NCBI GenBank assembly: GCA_934373635.1
Contig: CAKROZ010000003.1
Span: forward strand, 76,058-140,057
Reading direction: 5' to 3'
DNA: 64,000 nucleotides
Source: an uncultured Eubacteriales bacterium
Lineage (GTDB): Bacteria; Bacillota; Clostridia; Oscillospirales; CAG-272
This document shows positions 9,460 to 17,049 of this stretch, one piece after another; the first letter of the stretch is position 1, and each line of letters starts with the position of its first letter. Position numbers and translations under genes: made by a program. Below the pieces are notes generated by a model that made no database searches, was not told the origin of the DNA, and worked only from the letters and a program-made list of their open reading frames with translations.

Positions 9460-9992
9460 CGCTTTTGTTCGATTAGTTTCTTTCCCATCTCAACTCTCAC
9501 TTCGTGCCGTTCCGGGTCTGTGTTGGAGTAAGAATACAGATCAAACCCGACAATATCGAAGTCGTTCTTTTTATAGAACGCGATCGCGTTCTCATTGCAT
9601 GACTGCGTTTCCAAGATCATCATCCTTGTGCCGAGGGAGATCGCCGTTTTCGTAAGACACTCCATCAGTGCGGAGCCGATTCCCCTTCCTCGTTCCGAAG
9701 GCTCAAACACGCAGATATTGCTTAAACGAAAGCGATTGTTCCAACTCTCCGGCGCCCCTTCCGCAAATCCGAGCAGGTTCCCGCCCTCAAAGGCGCCGAA
9801 TGCCACGGAATTTTCCAACCATTCGGCAAAGAAGGCATCCTCGAAGGATTTTTCGACGATTGCGGGAAAAGGCACATACCGTATCCGAAAACCGTCCTCG
9901 GAGGCGCAAATGTCATAATATCCCTTTGTCCGATAGCGAGCGGTAAATTTCTTTCCCGCGTAGGTTGCTTTATCTAACGGTCTGATCTCCAC
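9456..9992 (-). CDS. GNAT-family N-acetyltransferase, streptothricin-acetyltransferase-like
   Basis: 178 aa. It has the acetyl-CoA motif RGRGIGSALM and the pattern LETQSCNENAIAFYKKNDFDIVGFD..Y, which resembles SatA-type enzymes. A 4-nt overlap links it to the downstream GNAT gene. Confidence 0.7.
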   Translation of the reverse strand: MEIRPLDKATYAGKKFTARYRTKGYYDICASEDGFRIRYVPFPAIVEKSFEDAFFAEWLENSVAFGAFEGGNLLGFAEGAPESWNNRFRLSNICVFEPSERGRGIGSALMECLTKTAISLGTRMMILETQSCNENAIAFYKKNDFDIVGFDLYSYSNTDPERHEVRVEMGKKLIEQKR

Positions 9993-9995
9993 GGG

Positions 9996-10637
9996 TTATC
10001 CTTTCTCCCCTGCGCTGTCGGGACGATAAAGGGCGAAGAATTGCCGAACATGCCGTTCGATCAGCCCCATCACCTCGTCTTCACGCTCCGGTTTGCGGTC
10101 GCAGAGGTTAATCCAGACCGAGATCGGAAGGCAGAGCTGCGCCGCCATGATTTCGGGATCGCTATCGGTAAGTCTCCCCTGACGGACAAGAAATATCACG
10201 AGTCCCGTGAAATAACGCATGACATCCGTGTAATTCTGCTTGGTTTGCAATGCTTTCAGCTTCGGATTCTGAAATTGTTCGATGGTCAGCATCTTACGGG
10301 ATTTTTGAATCTGCGGATCGTGCAGGATAAAACGAACGTGCCCCTCGATCATCCGTATTGCCATATCGGGTGTAAGGCTTTGCTTCTCCTTCGTAAATGC
10401 AGGATCCTCCCAATCTGCGCGTGCAAAGATAGAATGCTTTTCATACTGTTCCAGAGCATCCTGCGTCAGTGCATCGAGAATGTCCTGCTTGCTTTCGAAA
10501 TGGCTGTACATGGTTGCCTTACGGATGCCTACCATGTCCGCGATCTGCGCGATGGAGGTTGCTTCATAGCCTTGTACCGAAAACAACTCCAACGCCGCTT
10601 TCAATATCTCTTGCTTTGTATTTCCCTTTTCCACCAT
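9996..10637 (-). CDS. TetR/AcrR-family transcriptional regulator
   Basis: 213 aa. The N-terminal HTH is ILKAALELFSVQGYEATSIAQIADMVGIRKATMYSHFESKQDIL. Confidence 0.9.
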   Translation of the reverse strand: MVEKGNTKQEILKAALELFSVQGYEATSIAQIADMVGIRKATMYSHFESKQDILDALTQDALEQYEKHSIFARADWEDPAFTKEKQSLTPDMAIRMIEGHVRFILHDPQIQKSRKMLTIEQFQNPKLKALQTKQNYTDVMRYFTGLVIFLVRQGRLTDSDPEIMAAQLCLPISVWINLCDRKPEREDEVMGLIERHVRQFFALYRPDSAGEKG

Positions 10638-10673
10638 ATGCCCTCCGATGATTTTCCTTTTTGCACCTTTTCT

Positions 10674-10702
10674 ATTATAGCTTCCGACCGTTCGGTTGTC
10701 AA
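10674..10702 (-). promoter_or_regulatory. sigma-A type promoter of the TetR-GNAT-GNAT operon with an imperfect palindrome in the spacer
   Basis: Minus strand: TTGACA, 17-nt spacer, TATAAT. The spacer contains CCGAACGGTCGG, a 10/12 palindrome and a candidate TetR operator. Confidence 0.5.
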
Positions 10703-10971
10703 GTGCTTTTTGCGATTTTTTGAGGATTTTTTAGAAAATTCGTCTTTCTGCCGTGGAAAACACTCAGGACTTCTTGTTCTCAGTGAAAACACCACTTGTC
10801 ATCTTCGACCTTTTATCTTCAATGGCAAAAAACGAAAAAATTTAGGGTTTCGATGCGTCAGTTACAATTCTATCTATCAACAACTTAATCACTTTTTCTA
10901 TGCTTTTTTCGTTTTTAGTCTCACATCAATTGTAACACTACAGAAGTATTTTCGCACTTTTTCACAAAAAC

Positions 10972-11000
10972 TTGACAAAACGGATTTTGTCTGCTATAAT
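10972..11000 (+). promoter_or_regulatory. sigma-A type promoter upstream of the lipid kinase gene
   Basis: TTGACA (10972-10977), 17-nt spacer, TATAAT (10995-11000). It implies a leader of about 190 nt. Confidence 0.55.
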
Positions 11001-11197
11001 AGAGCCGTTGCCTATTTATCGGGCGAAGATCTTTCTTTTGTTCGGGTGAGAGAATATTGCTTTCGCCCGAAACGTCGGAAAATTCCTTTTGTTTGGCGTG
11101 AGGGAACATGGCTCTTCGCTTTGACACGGAGAATATTACCTTTTGAGCTTTTGCACGAAAACATACCTTTTTGTGCTTTAGCACGGGAGAACGATTC

Positions 11198-12148
11198 ATG
11201 ATCTATCATTTTATTCTGAATCCGAAATCGGGAAAAAAACGCAAGGACGAGCGGTTTGAAAATACCATCAAAACGGCATGTCAGTCGCGGCATCTGAATT
11301 ATCATATTTATTATACGACGAGCATCGGCGACGCGACGGAATATGTCCGTTCTATGGTCAAAATGTCGACCGAGCGTCAGCGCTTCATCTGCGCGGGCGG
11401 TGACGGCACCATCAACGAGATCGTCAACAGTGCACCCGAAAATCCGAATGTCGAATTCGGCGTGATCCCGAACGGGTCGGGCAACGATTTTTCGCGTAAT
11501 TTTACCCATACGGAGCTTTTCCGCGACATCGACGCTCAGATCGACGGCGATACCGTATCCCTCGACCTCATCAAGTGCAACAACTCCTATTGCGTCAATA
11601 TGGTGAACATCGGCTTTGACTGTGCCGTCGTGCAGGAAGCCGCGAGACTTAAGCGGCTGAAGCTCGTTACTCCCTCTGCCTCCTACATCTTCGGCGTTGT
11701 CGTCGTTCTTTTCAAAAAATACGGAACGAAAATGAAGCTTGTCTTCGACGACGGCGAGGTCATCGAACAGGAGCTGCTTCTCACCGCGATCGCGAACGGT
11801 CAGTATTGCGGCGGCGGCTTTGACGCCGCGCCCCGCGCGCTTCTGAACGACGGATTGATGGATGTCTGCATCATCGACAAGGTTCCGCGCATGCGTTTTC
11901 TTCGTTTGGTCGGCTCCTATAAAAAGGGCACCTATTTCGAAAGTCCCGCGGCGATGAAGATCATTCGTTACCGTCAGGTTCCGCACTTCCGCATGGAATT
12001 TGAGGCTCCCCTGCCCGTCTGTATCGACGGCGAGATCACGGGCGCGAAATCCATCGAGTTTACCGTGATCAAAAACGGCTTCAATTTCGTCATTCCGAAA
12101 GGCTCGGACATGAAATACCGGACCGTCGACGACTGCCTGAAAAAATAA
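11198..12148 (+). CDS. diacylglycerol kinase-family lipid kinase (YegS/DagK type)
   Basis: Translation starts MIYHFILNPKSGK and contains GGDGTINE, GVIPNGSGNDF and C-terminal IDGE motifs. The ATG at 11198 is preceded by GGGAGA. Confidence 0.85.
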   Translation: MIYHFILNPKSGKKRKDERFENTIKTACQSRHLNYHIYYTTSIGDATEYVRSMVKMSTERQRFICAGGDGTINEIVNSAPENPNVEFGVIPNGSGNDFSRNFTHTELFRDIDAQIDGDTVSLDLIKCNNSYCVNMVNIGFDCAVVQEAARLKRLKLVTPSASYIFGVVVVLFKKYGTKMKLVFDDGEVIEQELLLTAIANGQYCGGGFDAAPRALLNDGLMDVCIIDKVPRMRFLRLVGSYKKGTYFESPAAMKIIRYRQVPHFRMEFEAPLPVCIDGEITGAKSIEFTVIKNGFNFVIPKGSDMKYRTVDDCLKK

Positions 12149-12170
12149 CTCTCCGACAGGACTTTGCTCT

Positions 12171-14369
12171 ATGGGAATTTTCCGTAAACGGCCGCTGTGC
12201 ATGATACTTTGTATGATGCTCGGCGGCTTCGCGCTTTTCCGGAAGCTCGAGGGGACCTTAACGCTTCTGGTGTTTCTTCTCGTCTTCGTCGCGGGCGTCG
12301 TCGCCTTTCTTCTCCGACACAAGACGGGTGTCTTCCTCTCGGTCCTTCTCGCGTGTCTTTCGCTATCCTTTCTCTGCTCTCACCTCTACTTCGATCTGTG
12401 GTATTTTGCCGACAGGCGGGTATCGGGTGAGCGGGAGATCGAAGCGACCGTCATTGAGATCGGATACGCGAAGACCTACGGCGCGACCTTCCTTGTGAAG
12501 ACCGAGCCGATCGACGACATCCCGCTTTCCCGCTACCGTCTCACCGTACATACCGCCTCCGACGCCGCCGACCTGACCCTCGGCGAGAGGATCCGCTTTC
12601 GCGCCGAAATTCTTCCCGCAGAATCATCGGACGGAGCGACGGACGATCTTTCGATTTTCGGAGACGGGATCTCAGGGTGTGTCGAAATTGACAACTATAC
12701 TTCACTTTCAAAGAATGAATCGCATCCGTTACGCCTGCTTTCGCGTCTTCGCACCGATGTGTACGGATTACTCGAGCGGGTCGGCGGTGAGAGCGTCGGA
12801 CTCCTCGCTGCACTCTTTCTCGGTGACAAAACGGGGCTTTCGGGAACGGCAAAGCTCGACTTTCGGCGCATCGGAATTTCTCATCTTTTAGCCGTCAGCG
12901 GCATGCATCTCGCGATTCTCTCCGCCTTTCTTCACCGCCTGCTTTCAATTCTCGGTGTCGGGAAGAAATTCCGCATCGGTGCGGTCTCTCTGTTCGTCCT
13001 TTTCTATATGGCGCTGACGGGATTTTCTTCTTCAGTCCTCCGCGCGGGGATCATGCTCCTGATCGCATCCCTGCTCTTTCTTCTCGCAGGAACCTCAGAT
13101 CCTCTGACGACGCTATCCCTCGCGGTCTTCCTCCTTTGTCTTATTACGCCCTATTCGATCTTTGATGTCTCGCTCCTCCTTTCGGCACTGGCGACTCTCG
13201 GCATTCTTGTCGCGCCGAAGCCGAAGGAAGAAGGAAAACGGCACCCCGTCCGACATCTGATCCTCTCCTCCGCGATCTCCGTCCTTCTCTCCTTCTTTGC
13301 CGTCGGCGCGACCCTTGCCGTCACGGTCTTCGTTTTCGGAAGGCTTTCTCTGCTCTCCGCGTTTTCTACCCTGATCTTCGGCTTTTTGGTCGAAGGATTC
13401 ATGATCCTCGGCATCCTGTCCTTGCCCTTCGGTACTTTTCTTCCGACCGAGGTGCCGCTCTCCTTTCTGTCGAAGATCATCTTGCGCCTTGCGGGCATCC
13501 TCTCCGATCTTCCCTCGGTCTATCTTGCCGCGGACTTCCCGATCACGGAGCTTCTGACCCTCCTCTTCTCGATCGCCTTCTTCCTCTTTCTTGTTCTTAC
13601 GGTGAAGCGCCGCCGTCCCGCACTTCTCCTGCTTCTTTTGCTTTTTCTCTCCGTCTATGTGAGCGCGGGCGTCTCGTCCCGACTCGCTCTGTCCACGGAC
13701 AGCTCCGAATATCGCTCCGACACGGCGGGCGACTGTATCGTTACCCTTTCGGACGCCGAGGTCTCGATGCTCCTCACACCGAGCGCCACGGAAGAATTGC
13801 CGATCGACGCCGCCCGCGAACATCACATCAATGAGATCGACCTCTTGTTTATCCCTTCCTATTCGGCAAAGCTACCGACACTGTTGCGTAAGCTCTCCGC
13901 CTCCGTCAAGCTCCGATGCGTCGTTCTCCCGATGCCGAGTGACAACGAGGAACGCTTTCTTCTCCACGGGATTGAAAGCACCTTGGCAGAGCCCCGCACC
14001 GAATGCCGTCTCATTCCCGAAAACGGCGAGATAGACTGCGGCAGTGCAACCTATCGGCTCCTTGTACGGGACGGAAAGCGAGTCATTCTCACCCTTACCG
14101 CAAAAGGAGAAAAGATCGCTTATCTTTCCCGCGGCGCCGCGAAGGAAGATGCCGAAACGAAGCGCGCGTTTTTCGGTGCGGGATCGATCATTTTCGGTAG
14201 CGACGGTACGCGCTATCGGAGGCCCTACACCCTCGACCTCGATGCCGCCGATGCCGAGCGCGTTCTCCTCGGCTCGGACGATGTGCAGGTCTCGGAGGAA
14301 AAGCTGAAAGCTTATCTTGCCCGCGGGAATTTCTTACTGCTACACCCCGAAAAACTGCGGCTGTATTGA
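12171..14369 (+). CDS. comEC: ComEC/Rec2-family DNA internalisation channel protein
   Basis: 732 aa and polytopic. The competence-domain motif GISHLLAVSGMHLAIL is present. The C-terminal domain lacks an HxHxDH motif. Confidence 0.85.
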   Translation: MGIFRKRPLCMILCMMLGGFALFRKLEGTLTLLVFLLVFVAGVVAFLLRHKTGVFLSVLLACLSLSFLCSHLYFDLWYFADRRVSGEREIEATVIEIGYAKTYGATFLVKTEPIDDIPLSRYRLTVHTASDAADLTLGERIRFRAEILPAESSDGATDDLSIFGDGISGCVEIDNYTSLSKNESHPLRLLSRLRTDVYGLLERVGGESVGLLAALFLGDKTGLSGTAKLDFRRIGISHLLAVSGMHLAILSAFLHRLLSILGVGKKFRIGAVSLFVLFYMALTGFSSSVLRAGIMLLIASLLFLLAGTSDPLTTLSLAVFLLCLITPYSIFDVSLLLSALATLGILVAPKPKEEGKRHPVRHLILSSAISVLLSFFAVGATLAVTVFVFGRLSLLSAFSTLIFGFLVEGFMILGILSLPFGTFLPTEVPLSFLSKIILRLAGILSDLPSVYLAADFPITELLTLLFSIAFFLFLVLTVKRRRPALLLLLLLFLSVYVSAGVSSRLALSTDSSEYRSDTAGDCIVTLSDAEVSMLLTPSATEELPIDAAREHHINEIDLLFIPSYSAKLPTLLRKLSASVKLRCVVLPMPSDNEERFLLHGIESTLAEPRTECRLIPENGEIDCGSATYRLLVRDGKRVILTLTAKGEKIAYLSRGAAKEDAETKRAFFGAGSIIFGSDGTRYRRPYTLDLDAADAERVLLGSDDVQVSEEKLKAYLARGNFLLLHPEKLRLY

Positions 14370-14417
14370 TTTTTGACCCGAAAAAGTCGCTTTTCCGGAA
14401 TTTTCATAGCAAAAAAA

Positions 14418-14457
14418 CTCCCCGTCCCTCGGCGTTTCGACACCGAGGGACGGGGAG
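14418..14457. terminator. bidirectional intrinsic terminator between comEC and ychF
   Basis: 15-bp stem CTCCCCGTCCCTCGG / CCGAGGGACGGGGAG, flanked by an A-run on one side and a T-run on the other. Confidence 0.75.
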
Positions 14458-14469
14458 TTTTAAGTTTTT

Positions 14470-15564
14470 TCAGACGTTGAAGAGAAATTCGACGATATCG
14501 CCGTCCTGCATCACGTAATCCTTGCCTTCACTGCGAAGAAGTCCTTTTTCCTTGACCTTGTTGCGGTCGCCCTCGCGGACGAGATCGTCAAAGGAAACGA
14601 CCTCCGCACGGATGAAGCCACGCTCGAAATCGCTGTGGATCTTACCCGCCGCCTGCGGAGCCTTTGTGCCGCGGGTGATGGTCCATGCGCGCACTTCCTT
14701 CGGTCCTGCGGTCAGGAAGCTGATGAGTCCGAGAAGCGAATAGCCCGACTTGATGAGCTTGTCAAGTCCGCTCTCCTCGATGCCGAGATCGGCGAGGAAC
14801 GCCTTCTTCTCTTCTCCGTCAAGCTCTGCGATCTCTGCCTCGATCTGCGCGCTGACGGCGATGATCTCGCTTCCTTCGCTTGCGGCATGGGCTTTCAGCT
14901 TTTGATAGCCTTCGTTCTGCTCATAGGCGCCGCCTACCTCGTCCTCCGAGACGTTCGCGACGTAGATGATCGGCTTCATCGTGAGAAGGCGCGACTCTTC
15001 GATCATTGCCGCCTCTTCCTCCGAAAGTCCGATGGCGCGGGCACATTTTCCTTCGTCGAGCGCCGCCTTGACCTTTTCCAAAACCTCGACCTTGCTAAGC
15101 AAGGACTTGTCGCTCTTCGCCGCCTTCGCCGTGCGGTCGATGGCGCGCTCGACGATCTCGAGGTCGGAGAGGATCAGCTCCATATTGATGGTCTCCACAT
15201 CGCGCATCGGGTCGACCGTGCCCTCTACGTGGATGATATCGCCGTTTTCAAAGCAACGCACAACATGTACGATCGCGTCGACCTCGCGGATATTGGCGAG
15301 GAATTTATTGCCGAGACCTTCGCCCTGCGAGGCACCGCGGACAAGTCCCGCAATGTCGACGAATTCGATCACCGCGGGGGTAAACTTCTCGGGATGGTAC
15401 ATCTCGGCGAGCTTATCGAGACGGTAATCGGGAACGGCGACGACCCCGACGTTCGGGTCGATGGTGCAGAACGGGTAGTTGGCGGACTCCGCCCCCGCGT
15501 TGGTCAAAGCGTTGAAAAGGGTACTTTTTCCGACATTCGGAAGTCCCACGATTCCGAGTTTCAT
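14470..15564 (-). CDS. ychF: redox-regulated ribosome-binding ATPase YchF
   Basis: 364 aa. Translation starts [21 protein letters not shown] and has the C-terminal TGS/YchF end ...[11 protein letters not shown]. Confidence 0.95.
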   Translation of the reverse strand: MKLGIVGLPNVGKSTLFNALTNAGAESANYPFCTIDPNVGVVAVPDYRLDKLAEMYHPEKFTPAVIEFVDIAGLVRGASQGEGLGNKFLANIREVDAIVHVVRCFENGDIIHVEGTVDPMRDVETINMELILSDLEIVERAIDRTAKAAKSDKSLLSKVEVLEKVKAALDEGKCARAIGLSEEEAAMIEESRLLTMKPIIYVANVSEDEVGGAYEQNEGYQKLKAHAASEGSEIIAVSAQIEAEIAELDGEEKKAFLADLGIEESGLDKLIKSGYSLLGLISFLTAGPKEVRAWTITRGTKAPQAAGKIHSDFERGFIRAEVVSFDDLVREGDRNKVKEKGLLRSEGKDYVMQDGDIVEFLFNV

Positions 15565-15702
15565 AACGATCTCCTACTCTGTTGCCGATTTTCATTTTAA
15601 GGATGCAGATTCGGTTCATTCTGCGTTTTCGTACAAAGGATAGTATATCACACTTCACGAAAAACCGCAAGGGTTTTCCTTGATTTTCTTCGAAAAGAAA
15701 TT

Positions 15703-15892
15703 TTTTGTGATGATCGTCAGAGCATCGCTTGCGACGGTCGTGAGGACATCGTTTGTGATGGTCGAGGAAATCGCTTGCGACGGTTGCGAGGGTAGCGCTT
15801 GCGACGGTCGTAAGGACATCGTTTGTGATGGTTGTGAGGGTAGCGCTTGCGACTTTCATGAGGTCATTACTTGTGCCGGTCGTGGGGGTATC
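15703..15892. repeat. tandem array of 8 units (7 x 24 nt plus 1 x 22 nt), consensus GYTTGYGAYGGTYGNGAGGNNATC
   Basis: Units start at 15703, 15727, 15751 (22 nt), 15773, 15797, 15821, 15845 and 15869. Units 15797-15844 nearly duplicate 15727-15772. The array lies in the intergenic region between ychF and the response regulator. Confidence 0.85.
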
Positions 15893-16102
15893 GCTACGGC
15901 AGGAGGCGCGTCTCGATTTTTGCGGGATCCTCTGCGGTGAAATTTTCGGGGCGGCGGTTTTGAGAGCCCGAGGGCGAAAATCGAATTCCCTCTTCGACCC
16001 GAGCAAATTTTTTTCTCGGGGAAAATGTTATTTTATGCAAAATCGGTCAAAATTTTTTAATAATAGTTTTATAGAAAGGAAGAAATTATTCATCATTTGT
16101 TC

Positions 16103-16131
16103 TTGACATTTGTCTTTGCTTTCGGTATAAT
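16103..16131 (+). promoter_or_regulatory. sigma-A type promoter of the response regulator gene
   Basis: TTGACA, 17-nt spacer, TATAAT, located in an AT-rich tract. Confidence 0.55.
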
Positions 16132-16186
16132 GTAATTGTTAAGATTTTAATGTTTTTAACAAAGTTAACAAATGGAGGAAATCAAA

Positions 16187-16876
16187 ATGGATAGCAAGCT
16201 TCTCGTCATCGACGACGACCCCAACATCTGCGACGTCCTGAAAATCTACTTTGAGAATGAGGGCTACAAGGTCAAGACCGCGACCGACGGCTCCGAGGGC
16301 ATCAGCTTCTTCAAAATGTACGAGCCGGATCTCGTCCTGCTCGACATCATGATGCCGAAAAAAGACGGCTGGCAGGTCTGCCGCGAGATCCGTGAGATGT
16401 CCTCGAAGCCGGTCATTATGATCACCGCGAAGGGCGAGGTCTTCGACAAGGTTCTCGGACTGGAGCTCGGCGCCGACGACTTCATCGTCAAGCCGTTTGA
16501 TATGAAGGAGCTGTCCGCGAGAGTCAAGGCAGTGCTCCGCCGTTACAACGCGCATACCAAAACCTCGGACGACGAGGTCGTGAAATTCGAAAATATCGAG
16601 ATCAGCCTTCAAAAATACGAGCTGAAGCTCAACGGCAAGGCGATCGACATTCCCCCGAAGGAGCTTGAGCTTCTCTATTTCCTCGCCTCGAATTGCAACC
16701 GCGTTTTCACGCGCGATCAGCTCCTCGACAAGGTGTGGGGCTTCGACTACCTCGGTGACTCCCGCACGGTGGACGTCCACGTCAAGCGCCTGCGCGAAAA
16801 GCTCGAAGGCGTCTCCGACAAATGGTCGCTTAAAACCGTCTGGGGTGTCGGCTATAAGTTTGAAACGATCTCGTAA
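16187..16876 (+). CDS. OmpR/PhoB-family response regulator (no cognate kinase in the window)
   Basis: Receiver domain (LVIDDD, LLDIMMPKKDG, ITAKG) plus a winged-helix output (TVDVHVKRLREKL, VWGVGYKF). The ATG at 16187 is preceded by GGAGGA. Confidence 0.9.
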   Translation: MDSKLLVIDDDPNICDVLKIYFENEGYKVKTATDGSEGISFFKMYEPDLVLLDIMMPKKDGWQVCREIREMSSKPVIMITAKGEVFDKVLGLELGADDFIVKPFDMKELSARVKAVLRRYNAHTKTSDDEVVKFENIEISLQKYELKLNGKAIDIPPKELELLYFLASNCNRVFTRDQLLDKVWGFDYLGDSRTVDVHVKRLREKLEGVSDKWSLKTVWGVGYKFETIS

Positions 16877-16902
16877 TCAATCTTTATATTGAAGCAGAAA
16901 AA

Positions 16903-16928
16903 AGTCCCGAAAATTCGGGACTTTTTTT
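16903..16928 (+). terminator. intrinsic terminator after the response regulator
   Basis: Hairpin GTCCCGA-aaat-TCGGGAC followed by T7. Confidence 0.75.
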
Positions 16929-17049
16929 CTGCCGGGTTAGTTTTTGTCATATCGAAAAACTGTATAGATTCTGCATCGGTTCGTCGAGGTGATGTAAATC
17001 ACATTTTCTCTATTATTCGACACAAATGTTTCCACAACAAAAATTCGTG

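Noticed and set aside
15703-15892. A CRISPR array.
   Set aside because: The repeats are directly abutting with no unique spacers. The units are degenerate, and there are no cas genes in the window.
15680-15940. An 86-aa Cys-rich ORF (ACDGCEGSACDGRKDIVCDGCEGSACD...) that could be mistaken for a repeat peptide or RiPP precursor.
   Set aside because: It uses a TTG start with no RBS. The 22-nt unit shifts the frame, so identical DNA units encode different peptides (ATVVRTS versus ACDGRKD). No maturation genes are nearby. The repeat is conserved at the DNA level, not the peptide level.
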